Shown one piece after another: positions 51,719 through 61,015 of a DNA stretch of 64,000 nt. The notes beneath the pieces were generated by a model that saw only the letters and a list, made by a program, of their open reading frames with translations, had not been told where the DNA came from and did not search any database. Source of the DNA: Planctomycetota bacterium (lineage in GTDB: Bacteria; Planctomycetota; B15-G4); contig JBBQUR010000002.1 in NCBI GenBank assembly GCA_038212275.1, positions 128,001-192,000 on the forward strand, written 5' to 3'. The translations under genes and the position numbers were made by a program. Position 1 is the first letter of the stretch. Each line of letters opens with the position of its first letter.

Positions 51719-52060
51719 CAGGTCATTCAAGCGCCCCCACCCGACCGCTGCGCCCGCGCCCGGCTCCCGGCGCCGACATCCCGGCCCCGGTGGCCCGTTC
51801 AGCGGCCCGACGCACAGACCCGCCCCGCTCACGTCCCCGGCGACGCGCTGACCAACTCCCCGCTCACCTCCCTTCTCACCTCACCATGCAAACCCCGGCG
51901 GCGGCCGCGCCGGGTACCGCACCGGCGCTTCCGTCGGCAGCCCCAGTGAGGCCAGGATCGCTGCCACCACCGCAGCCTGCATGATCGCCGTGAGCATCAC
52001 GCGCCGGCCGCCGCAACCCGCGCAGTGCAGCACGTCCTGCGCGAAGACGCGCTTCAGAAC
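51716..52060 (-). mobile_element. ISCR/IS91-like remnant, copy 1 (transposase 3' end plus oriIS)
   Basis: LKRVFAQDVLHCAGCGGRRVMLTAI...LGLPTEAPVRYPARPPPGFAW*; end GCGCTTGAATGACCTGCGC. Confidence 0.85.
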
Positions 52061-52205
52061 GGGCGAAAACCGCGGTGTCGGCTTCGTCGGCCCACAGCGT
52101 GCCGGCGCCGAGATTGCCGAAGATCGGGAACAGCGCGAGGAGCGCGACCACGAGGATCCCGCGGTGTATTCGCGCCGGCGCGCGCAGATCGGTCGCGGCG
52201 TTCAT
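52056..52205 (-). pseudogene. 5' fragment of an ArnT/GT-C-like membrane glycosyltransferase truncated at the ISCR remnant
   Basis: MNAATDL...ILVVALLALFPIFGNLGAGTLWADEADTAVFARS then IS sequence; start overlaps the upstream stop. Confidence 0.65.
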
Positions 52206-54214
52206 CGGATCGCGCCACCGGGACGGATGCGCGCCAGCGCCTGACCGGCCGCAGCGCGTACGGCCGGGATTGGATCTTCCGCGAACGCGCGCTCGAGCGC
52301 TGCGATCGCGGCGGGCGCGCGCCTGGTCGCGAGCGGTCCGAGCGCTTCGAGCGCACGCGCGGCGAGCATGCGGTCCGCCGCTTCCGGCGACCGCTCGAGT
52401 CCGTGTACGAGCGCGGGCGCCGCCCAGGTCGCCTGATCGCCGCCCGCCGACATCGCCCACTCGGCCACCTGCGAGAGCGGCCATGCGCTCTCCGGAATGC
52501 CGTCGGCGCTCGCCCGGTACAGCACGGCGGACGCACGCGGTTCGCGGAGCCGTTGCAACGGACGGAACCCCGCGTAGAACTCCGGCAGCGACGTCAGCGG
52601 CACGCGCGAGTCGAGCACGACGCTGCCGACCCGCTCGAAGTGGCTGCGAGAAAGCTGGATCTCCTGCCGATCGACGCGCGCCGGAACCACCAGCCAATCG
52701 CCCCGACGCACGAGCGTGTGATCCGGGATCAGCGGCTGCATGCCCGCGGCCTCGGCGTAGTACTGGAAGCCCCAGTGCCCGACGTACCAGATCGGTGCGC
52801 CGGGATCGTGGGCGCGGATGCGCTGCACCGATTGCTCCGCCACCTGTTGCTGCGCGCGCGCCTCGAGCAGGTCGACGCTCCAGACCGAGAGACCGAGCGC
52901 GACCTGCAGCGCCAGCAGCGGGCGGAGCGGCAGCGCGCGCCGGCCGAGCGCGAACGATCCGGCGCGGCCGGCGAGCAGCGTCGCGACGAGCACCGTCATC
53001 AAGACCCGGCGCACGGCCGGGAAGTTCGAGATCACGAAGTAGCTCGTCACCTCGCCGGCGAGCCACAGGACCAGGAACACCTCGGTCCGGTGCGCGGCAA
53101 GCCACGCGCCCGGCGCGGGGCGACGCAGCAACGAGACGGCGAGCGCCGCGCCCGTCGCCACGCACGCGACGCCCGAGATCAGATACAGCGCGTTCGCGAC
53201 CGGCCACGCCCACAGCGACGACCAGCCCGCGGCGATCGCCACGCCGAGCAGACCGACCGCCCAGCGCGGCGCGCCGAGCGCCGCGAGACCGAGCAGCGCC
53301 AGCACCGCGAGCAGCGCCCCGAGCAGATGCACGAGCGGCAGGATCATCTCGGTGCGCGGTGTCCAGAAGAACGGGAAGCCGAGCTGGAAAAGCAGCATCC
53401 CGTGGCCGTAGCGAAGCGTCATCGCCGCTTCCCAGCCTGCGAACACGAGACCCGCCGTCACGCAAGCGGCGATCGCGAGCCGCAGGCGCTGCGCGAGGAC
53501 GCCGTAGAGCAGCATCGCCGCCGGGATCGTCAGCTGCGTCCACTTGGTCTGCATCGCGAGACCGGCGACGAGCCCCGCGGCGATCGCCCACCGCAGCGAG
53601 CGGCGGTCGGCCGCGTCGAGATACATCGAGAGCGCGGCGAGTCCGAGCGCGATCGCCGGCACGTCCTGCATGAAGTTGAAGCTCGGCAGGAAGGCGGGGC
53701 CGAAGAGCGTCGCGGCCACCAGCCACGTCTCGAGCCCCGGCGCGAAGCGGCGCCCCAGGCGGTGCAGCGCCCACGCGAAGAGCAGCGCAAAGGGGAACAG
53801 CCAGAGCTTCCACGCGAAGACATTGGCTCCCGAGACGGCCAGCCCGAGCGCACCCCAGTAGGCGACGAGCGGCGCCAGCAGCTCTTCGTGGGCCGGCTGC
53901 GGCCATTGATACCAATAGATGTCGAAGCCGAACGGATCGAGCGGCGCGGCGACGATCTGGCGCGACACGTAGTACGTGAACGGATCGTCCACGTGCAGCG
54001 GCTTCGCCGCGTTCATCAGCGTGTAGACGAGCGCGCAGGCGACCAGCACCGCCGCGAGCCGACGCCCCTGCAATGCCACTAGTGGCAGGTCCTGCGCAAC
54101 TCGATCCCGATCACTGCGCTCTCCCGCCGAAGGATCGTCGCAGGGAGCGCAGCGCCGCGCCGGTCTGAAGCGGCAGGTGCGCGGCGGAACCGGTGTCGCG
54201 AGCGGCAGCATCAT
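52202..54214 (-). CDS. Polytopic membrane GT-C-like glycosyltransferase with C-terminal HEAT-like repeat (true start possibly ~54079)
   Basis: NAAKPLHVDDP first-loop acidic motif, MQDVP, LAMQTKW, many TM helices, GHWGFQYY. Confidence 0.7.
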   Translation of the reverse strand: MMLPLATPVPPRTCRFRPARRCAPCDDPSAGERSDRDRVAQDLPLVALQGRRLAAVLVACALVYTLMNAAKPLHVDDPFTYYVSRQIVAAPLDPFGFDIYWYQWPQPAHEELLAPLVAYWGALGLAVSGANVFAWKLWLFPFALLFAWALHRLGRRFAPGLETWLVAATLFGPAFLPSFNFMQDVPAIALGLAALSMYLDAADRRSLRWAIAAGLVAGLAMQTKWTQLTIPAAMLLYGVLAQRLRLAIAACVTAGLVFAGWEAAMTLRYGHGMLLFQLGFPFFWTPRTEMILPLVHLLGALLAVLALLGLAALGAPRWAVGLLGVAIAAGWSSLWAWPVANALYLISGVACVATGAALAVSLLRRPAPGAWLAAHRTEVFLVLWLAGEVTSYFVISNFPAVRRVLMTVLVATLLAGRAGSFALGRRALPLRPLLALQVALGLSVWSVDLLEARAQQQVAEQSVQRIRAHDPGAPIWYVGHWGFQYYAEAAGMQPLIPDHTLVRRGDWLVVPARVDRQEIQLSRSHFERVGSVVLDSRVPLTSLPEFYAGFRPLQRLREPRASAVLYRASADGIPESAWPLSQVAEWAMSAGGDQATWAAPALVHGLERSPEAADRMLAARALEALGPLATRRAPAAIAALERAFAEDPIPAVRAAAGQALARIRPGGAIR

Positions 54215-54226
54215 CGACTCGCGTCC

Positions 54227-54539
54227 GGTGGAGCGCGGCGTGCGCGATCCCGCCGCGCGCTTCTTGTGGATCCAGCCGGGTGTCGCGGTCTACGCGGGCC
54301 TGTCGCTCGCGCTGGTGGTCGGTGCGCTGGTGGTCGGTGCGCTGGGACACATCGATGCGCTGTCGGATCTGTGGACGCACTTCCAGCGCCAGGAGGGGCT
54401 GCCGTTCCGGGCGTCGCTGCACGGCTCCACGCCGGATGCGGTCCTCTTCGTCGAGGAAGCCGCGGGCGTCTCGCTGATGCGCAACTCGCGCACGGACGAC
54501 GCCGAGCAGCTGGTGATGGCGGGGGGCCTCGGGGCGTAG
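54227..54539 (+). pseudogene. Internal fragment of a membrane protein cut at oriIS copy 2
   Basis: GC3-rich frame with TM segment and VLFVEEAAGVS; its stop is supplied by the IS end. Confidence 0.4.
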
Positions 54540-55320
54540 GTATTTCAAGCGCCCACCACCCTACTCCGGCGCCTGCCGCGTGTCTCCTCCGGCACCGGGC
54601 CTCCCGCTCCGTCCCCGACACGAATCACCTGCGCCACACGCTCGAGCGCTGACCGCCCGCCTCCAGCCGCCGACATGCCTTCTCTGTTGCCCCAGTCTGC
54701 CGTCCGACGCACAGACCCGCCCCGCTCACGTCCCCGGCGACGCGCTGACAAACTCATCGCTCACCTCCCTTCTCACCTCACCATGCAAACCCCGGCGGCG
54801 GCCGCGCCGGGTACCGCACCGGCGATTCCGTCGGCAGCCCCAGTGCGGTCAGCATCGCTGCCACCACCGCAGCCTGCATGATCGCCGTGAGCATCACGCG
54901 CCGGCCGCCGAAACCCGCGCAGTGCAGCACGTCCGAGCGCGAAGCCCGCCCCGAGCGCGACGACTTCACCGCCCGCGGCACGATTGACGCCCGCAGCGAC
55001 GAGGCCGGCGCCAGCACGCCGTGATACGTCACCAGATGCGCCCCAGTCCGAGTAGGGATGCCGCAGCGCGTACGCGATGCGCCCGTCGGGCAACTCGCTC
55101 AGCCGCTCGCTCGCAAGGGCCGGCCGCGCCATGGACCGGCAGAGTCGCTCGACACCGTCGCGATAGCCGCCGGCCAGATGCACGCCGGCGTGCAGCGTAA
55201 AGCCGTCGGCGACGGCGCAGTCCCGGCTGCTGCTCTGCACGAAGGGACGGCCAGACGTGGCACCGAGACGCGTGACGCGCTCGCCGCCGTGCGCGCCGAA
55301 CGCCAGCCGGCCCTGGATCG
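54534..55320 (-). mobile_element. ISCR/IS91-like remnant, copy 2 (internally deleted Y2 transposase plus oriIS)
   Basis: CAVADGFTLHAG...ERLCRSMARPALASERL...YALRHPYSD; HLVTYHGVLAP; ...PARPPPGFAW*; end GCGCTTGAAATACCTACGC. Confidence 0.88.
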
Positions 55321-55465
55321 ACGCCGCCTGCGCGGCTGCCAGCTCCGGGCAGCGCTCTACCATGGCCACGGCGCGACGCGCGACCGCGACGCCGGGCTCG
55401 ATCTCGGTCTCGATCCCGCTCCCGGCGGTTGCCTCGCTCCCGGCCGCGCCCTCACCGCTGCTCCT

Positions 55466-56054
55466 CGCCGCAAACACCCCGTCGAGCACCAGGGCATGCG
55501 CGATGTCGTCCTCGACCGGGGCTACCACAGCAACGACGTGCTCGCGGACCTCAGCGAGCTGGGCTTTCGCACGTACGCGAGCGAGCCGGCGCGTGGCCGC
55601 CGAAACTGGAAGGGCAATGAGCGCGCGCGTGATGCGGTGCAGGCCAACCGTCGCCGCATCAAAGGCGTCCGCGGAGAGGAACTGCGCAAGAAGCGCGGCG
55701 AGATCGCCGAGCGCAGCAATGCCCACTGCTACGAGACCGGCGGACTGCGAAGTGTGCACGTCCGAGGACAGGAGAACGCGAGCAAACGCATCCTGATCCA
55801 GGCGGCCACGTACAACATCGCGCTCCTGATGCGCCGCTGATTGGATCGGGAACGCCGAAGGGGCTGGCGAGCCGTCTCGCGGCCGCCCTGCGCCAGCATT
55901 GGGCTCTCGGTCAACTCGCGAACGCCATCCGAAAGCATCTGGAGCCGATCGTCGCCGCGCTCAGGTGCTCGGAAGCAATTGTCCGCAGACCGCTGCTCGC
56001 GAACGCCGCAGCGTGATCACGCGCCGAAATGCCGCTTTCGCCACTGGCTGCTAG
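55466..56054 (+). mobile_element. IS5/IS1182-like DDE transposase 3' remnant and right end
   Basis: VVLDRGYHSN...RRRIKG.RG...ERSNAHCYETGGLR.VHVRG..N..KR; premature stop at 55840; terminus CACTGGCTGCTAG. Confidence 0.8.
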
Positions 56055-56066
56055 ACTGGAGGCCGC

Positions 56067-56339
56067 ATGCAGCAGGCATTCCTCGAGGTCACGTTCCGCG
56101 GTGGTCGGCCGTTCGCGGCGTACTACTGCCTGACCGGAAAGACGGGCAGCAGGAGCAGCAAGTCCCGCCGCTTCGAACCGGGACTGGTCGTGGACTACGC
56201 GCGCAACGGCGAGGCCATCGGCATCGAGATCACGGCGCCGCGCAAGCTCACGCTCGCCGCCATGAACCGGGTGCTCGAGGAACTTGGCTGCCCGCCGTTG
56301 ACGCGCGCCGAGTTCCAGCCGCTTCGCGCGGCGTCCTGA
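56067..56339 (+). CDS. DUF2283-like small protein
   Basis: AAYYCL...GLVVDYARNGEAIGIEITAP; ggagg RBS. Confidence 0.75.
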   Translation: MQQAFLEVTFRGGRPFAAYYCLTGKTGSRSSKSRRFEPGLVVDYARNGEAIGIEITAPRKLTLAAMNRVLEELGCPPLTRAEFQPLRAAS

Positions 56340-56389
56340 CTCGGCTCTTCGCGGGCGGCGGATGGCCGGCGGCCTGTCAGCTCGCCGCG

Positions 56390-56710
56390 TCAGCTCGCCG
56401 CCGCGGCCGCAGCGCGCGCGGCGGCCTCGGCCGCCGCGATGGCGACGAGGGCGTTCGTGTCGGTGAAGGCGACGACACCAAGGCCGAGGCCCTTGAGCTT
56501 GTTGTGCCACTGGATGTCGCCGGTCTTGCGGTCGAGGCACCACAACTCGCCGGACACGCCGGCGAAGATCCGCTCCGGCGTCTCGTGAATGGTCACGAAG
56601 CCGCGCATCCCCTTGAGCTTCGTGCGCCAACGCTCATCGCCCGTGACGGAGTCGATGGCGAGGACGCTGCCGCCCACGCCGATGATCAGGTTGTTCCCGG
56701 CTTTCGCCAT
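56390..56710 (-). CDS. Small PQQ-like beta-propeller repeat protein
   Basis: VLAIDSVTGDERW, LWCLDRKTGDIQW; aggaggag RBS; Ala-rich tail. Confidence 0.8.
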   Translation of the reverse strand: MAKAGNNLIIGVGGSVLAIDSVTGDERWRTKLKGMRGFVTIHETPERIFAGVSGELWCLDRKTGDIQWHNKLKGLGLGVVAFTDTNALVAIAAAEAAARAAAAAAS

Positions 56711-56825
56711 CTCGGCTCCTCCTGCAGTCGCACGCGCATGATAACGCATCACGACGCCCGACCGCGCGATGTGGTCTGGCGCTGCGCGTTGCGGTGACGC
56801 GAAGTGGCTCAGTGGCGCGACGAGA

Positions 56826-58655
56826 TCAGTGCGCGAGGAACAGCGAAAGGCCACGGCTTGCGGCGACGCCCTTTGCCGCACCGGAATCCGCAAGTAGGAT
56901 TTGCAACCCGAGCGGGAACTCGTCCAGCATTGCATCGGCAGGGAGGCCGATGGAAAGGCTGAGCCCATCCGATGCGAGAGTGAGTGGCACGAAGAACGCC
57001 GCTTGAATCAGCAGGCCCTTGACAGGCATCGGCCAGGCCGAGAAGCCGACACTCAGCAAGGCGAACGTCGGCTCGCCGGACGAGTTGTCGATCTCAAGCA
57101 CGCCGTCGGAACCGAGCGCTGGGGTGCCGATCCAGGAAATATCCGGGACCCCCGACGTGCCGGCGACTCCGTTGCCGAAGTGTCGCGCCAGCGGCCCCAG
57201 CAGATGAACGCCCTCAAGCGCCTGGCGCAGCTCGGCCTGCTTCGCGGCCTGCAACGGATCGGTGGCGAGGTTCAGGTATTCGCCGGGGTCCGAGCTCAGG
57301 TCGTAAAGCTGGTGCACCTGCGGGATCGTGTCATCGTGTTCCCAGGCGGCGAGCTTCCACACCGCGCCGGTGACGGCATCGCGCTGGACGACGTAGCGAG
57401 TGAGGTTGAATCCCGCGTTCTCCTCGGTCGAATAGAACACTGGTCCATGCTCGGCGCCGGGATCCGCGAGCAGTGGAAGCAGCGATTCGCCATCGAGCGT
57501 CGCGTCGACCGGAAGGCCAAGCAATTCCATGAGCGTCGGGTAGATGTCAAGCTGTGACACCGGCGTGTCCACGGACTGCCCGTGCGTCGCAGGCATGGAT
57601 GGCACCCGGATCACGAGCGGCGCGCGGATGTCCTCATCGAAGCCGCGCGTCTTGCCGATGTGATCATGCTGGCTGAACGAGTAGCCGTGATCACTGACCA
57701 GCACGACGATCGCGTCCTCGGCCAGTCCCGTCGACACGAGCCCGTCGAGCACGCGGCCCACCTGGTCGTCGAGGTACGTGAGGCAGCGAAAGTACGTCAA
57801 CAGCGCCTGCTGCCGGCGCTCGGCCTCAGTCACGCCCCACTTCGGGTCGTAGAACCAGTAGGTCGCGTGCGACTGGTGGTTGACGCTCGACTTCCATGGA
57901 AGTGCGGTCTCTTCGGCGGGCAACGTCGGGACATCATTGAGATCGTAGAGGTCGGAGTAGGACTCCGGATACACGAACGGCTCGTGCGTCGCTTCCCAGC
58001 CGATGAATATTGCGGTGGGCTTGCCTGTGATGGAGAGTCGATGCTTCGCGGCAGCCAGCAGTCCGAGCGCCTTGTCGGTGCGCTTCGTATCCGCCTGCTT
58101 CCCCAATGCACCCGTCGGGCCGTTCAGGAACGGGCCACCGATGACGATGCCCGCTGACTCGGGCGTGTGCGGAACTTCGGGCTGGGAGATGCCGACATCG
58201 TCGGCAAAGTCCGTGTACTCATCCCAGTTGCCCGCGATCGCCGCCGTTTGCTTGTGGAAGATTTTGCCGACGCCGGCACAGTAATAACCCGCATCTCGAA
58301 GTCGGCGCGGCAGATAGGGCACGCCGTTCACCTGCGCGGGCACGTTGTCCGCGTTGTGAAACACCTCGGTATGAATCGTGTGCTGACCCGACAGAAGTGA
58401 GGTGCGCGACGGCGAGCAGACGGAATGACCGGCGTAGGCGCGGCTGAAGCGGACCCCCGACGCCGCCAATGCGTCGATGTGCGTCGCATGGACGTTGGGC
58501 AGGTCAATGTCCGTATTCATGTCGTCGATGTAAAGCACGACGATGATCGGGGCCGGTGTGACCGCATCGCTCGCACCATCATCCGGACACGCATGGACAG
58601 CAGCCGGCAGACAAGCCGCCAACACCAGAGACACGAGCATTTTCCCCAAGCCCAT
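56826..58655 (-). CDS. Secreted sulfatase with shared C-terminal domain
   Basis: YIDD, CSPSRTSLLSG formylglycine motif, GKIFH, SDHG, PLVIRVP, LYDLSSDPGE. Confidence 0.9.
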   Translation of the reverse strand: MGLGKMLVSLVLAACLPAAVHACPDDGASDAVTPAPIIVVLYIDDMNTDIDLPNVHATHIDALAASGVRFSRAYAGHSVCSPSRTSLLSGQHTIHTEVFHNADNVPAQVNGVPYLPRRLRDAGYYCAGVGKIFHKQTAAIAGNWDEYTDFADDVGISQPEVPHTPESAGIVIGGPFLNGPTGALGKQADTKRTDKALGLLAAAKHRLSITGKPTAIFIGWEATHEPFVYPESYSDLYDLNDVPTLPAEETALPWKSSVNHQSHATYWFYDPKWGVTEAERRQQALLTYFRCLTYLDDQVGRVLDGLVSTGLAEDAIVVLVSDHGYSFSQHDHIGKTRGFDEDIRAPLVIRVPSMPATHGQSVDTPVSQLDIYPTLMELLGLPVDATLDGESLLPLLADPGAEHGPVFYSTEENAGFNLTRYVVQRDAVTGAVWKLAAWEHDDTIPQVHQLYDLSSDPGEYLNLATDPLQAAKQAELRQALEGVHLLGPLARHFGNGVAGTSGVPDISWIGTPALGSDGVLEIDNSSGEPTFALLSVGFSAWPMPVKGLLIQAAFFVPLTLASDGLSLSIGLPADAMLDEFPLGLQILLADSGAAKGVAASRGLSLFLAH

Positions 58656-58839
58656 CTCCCAATCCCTCAATGTGACCGTGGCGGCGCCGAGCACCTCCGC
58701 CGTCGGCTACCCCCTAGCAGCCTTGACAGTCCGGGACTTTAGATGCCGGGGGACGCATCCGCCAGTCGTTCTAACTGCGACGCTGGCACCGCTACAGGCG
58801 GTTCGGGCACCCGGTGTGAGGGCTTCCTGCCCCCATCGC

Positions 58840-59420
58840 TCACGATGGCATGGTTGTGATGGCGCGCACTCTCACTTGGTGCTCCGCAATCGAGTGCTGG
58901 CCGACCTCGCCCGTGAGCATGTCGTCGCCGGTCGTGAGGTAGAGGTGACCGCCGGTGACCGACAGCGCGAACGCGGTGCGGCGCTGCAGACGCGCGACGA
59001 GGCCGGCGACCAGCGCGTGGTCCAGGCTGCGCAGCTCGATGGCGGCGGCGCGGTGAATCGTCTCGCCCGGAGCTGGCGCACGAGCACGGCCGGATCCTTG
59101 TGCGAGTAGATGACGACGCGCGGCGCGGCCTTGGCCGCCTTGTGCAGGTGTCGCGCGTCCGGCGCGCCGATGTCGATCCACGCGCGCAGCGTGCCGGTCA
59201 GGTCGCGCACGGCCAGCGCCGGCTCATCGGGCTCGGAGAGCCCCTTGCCGAACGCCAGCCCCTCGGTGAACTCCAGGCAGTACGCCAGCACGCGCGTGAC
59301 CAGAAACTCCCCGCTCTCCGACGGATGGCACGCGACGCGCAGCGCGAGCGCCTCGTAGACGCCGCGGTCGGCGTCCGACAGCTCGATGTCGAAGTTGTAA
59401 ATCGTGGACGACTGGCCCAA
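58840..59420 (-). pseudogene. yaeQ: YaeQ family protein with a 1-bp frameshift near 59070
   Basis: DADRGVY, HPSE, RVLAYCL, LSEPDEPA, WIDIGAPD; the natural C-terminus GETIHRAAAIEL...LSVTGGHLYL is in the adjacent frame. Confidence 0.8.
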
Positions 59421-59530
59421 GGCGCGGCTCCGGCGCGGACGGCAAGTGTCGTGCCCGGCGCGCCTCGCGAGGGCGAGGCTGTACCACCGCGCCGACGCGG
59501 CGCCGCCGTCGCTCGCGCCGAAGCTCGCTG

Positions 59531-60540
59531 TCAGCGGGGGGCCTTGGCGATGCGGTCCACCTGCTCGAGGTAGCGGGCGATGTCGTCGCTCGGGCGCAGG
59601 TCCTGCGCGCGGCGCAGCAGCGGCACGGCGTCGGCGTAGCGGCCCATGCCGACCAGCACCTGCGCGTGGCGGATGCGCGCGTTTACTTCGAACGACTCCA
59701 GGCTCTCGGCGCGCTCGTAGTAGAACATCGCGCGGTCTGCCTCGTACTCCTTGCTGTAGTGCTGGCCGAGCAGCATGAGCGCCTCGCCGTCGAGCGGATC
59801 GAGCTGCACGATCTCCTCGAGCACGCGCGCGGTCTCGGTGCTGCCGACACCCTCGGCCATCGCGAGTCGCGCCTCCAGCTTGAGCAGTTTGTGGCGATCA
59901 CCCTCGTCGAGGCGCGCCTCCCACGCGTCGCGGATCGCGCCGGCCACCGTCCGTGCCTGCGGCAGCGCACCGCGCGCCGCGAGCACTTCGGCCGAGCGCA
60001 GCGAGCGTTCGACCGGTTGGCCAGGATCCACGGCGATCGCGCGGCGGCACGCACCGACCGCGAGGTCCATGAGGCTCTCGGTGACGTAGATGTCGCCGAG
60101 CGTGAACAGGCTCTCCGGCGTGGACTTGCTCAGCACGTCCACCGACTCCAGGTTCTCGACGGCCTTCAGCGGCTGCTTCATGCCCAGCTAGGTGTTGGCC
60201 TGGAGCATCCAGAAGTCGGCCTTGTCCGAGTAGCGGTCGATGAGGCCGTCGAGCAGCGTGGCCGCGTCCTCGAACTTCTCCTGCTTGAAGGCGCAGCGCG
60301 TGAGGCCCAGGCGCCACTCGGTGTTCTCGGGCTGCAGCAGCAACGCGTTGCGGTACGCCGCCTCCGCGGCCTTGTAGAGTCCAGCTTGGCGGCGTAGACC
60401 ATGCCGAGCAGGCCGTACGAGTAGCCGTCGCCGTCGCCGCCGCCCAGCTCGATCAGCTTCGTGAAGGCCGCGATGGCCTCGTCGTTGCGGCCGTCGCGCG
60501 CATGCAGCAGGCCGAGGTTGCGCCACGCGCGCCGGAAAAG
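59531..60540 (-). pseudogene. TPR protein, 5'-truncated at oriIS copy 3, with frameshift (~60378) and in-frame TAG (~60188)
   Basis: Three consecutive TPR-like frames (RAWRNLGL; YKAAEAAYRNALLLQPE; MKQPLKAVENL...LDPLDGEALMLLG). Confidence 0.78.
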
Positions 60541-60834
60541 CGTAGGCAATTCAAGCGCCCCCACCCTGCCGCAGCGGCAGCGACGTGCCCTCACTTCGGC
60601 CATGAATGCCGCGCCGCCCGCGACGCGGCATCGCCGCTCCCCGCTCCGCAGCGCCCGCGCCCGGCTCCAGGCGCCGACATCCCGGCCCCAGTGAAGTGTT
60701 CAGCGGCCCGACGCACAGACCCGCCCCGCTCACGTCCCCGGCGACGCGCTGACAAACTCCCCGCTCACCTCCCTTCTCACCTCACCATGCAAACCCCGGC
60801 GGCGGCCGCGCCGGGTACCGCACCGGCGATTCCG
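60540..60834 (-). mobile_element. ISCR/IS91-like remnant, copy 3 (oriIS end with last transposase codons)
   Basis: About 127-bp core near-identical to 51807-51933 and 54704-54830; end GCGCTTGAATTGCCTACGC. Confidence 0.85.
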
Positions 60835-60840
60835 CGCTCC

Positions 60841-60913
60841 GCCCGCCAACGTCTCGATCACGCGGGGTCTGGCCATCACCGTGGACTGAGATGAGAGTCC
60901 CGGTTGTCGCGCC
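60841..60913 (+). repeat. Direct repeat B, copy 2: orphan 3' end of a PD40-like gene (PANVSITRGLAITVD*)
   Basis: Diverged copy of 47701-47768, including post-stop sequence. Confidence 0.9.
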
Positions 60914-61015
60914 TGCTCCTGTCGCGCGTGCGTTTGCGGCGCCTGCCCGGACCGCGCCATCGGTCGCCTCACCTGCAGTTGCCGAGCCGGCCTGCGGGCG
61001 GGTAGTGTGCGCGCC

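Noticed and set aside
54773..55759. 328-aa ORF as an intact transposase
   Set aside because: Chimera of the antisense IS5-like remnant and an internally deleted IS91-like fragment; the N-terminal zinc-binding/HUH region is absent.
47701..60913. Repeat pairs A and B as DGR template/variable regions
   Set aside because: No reverse transcriptase in the window, and differences between copies are not confined to adenines.
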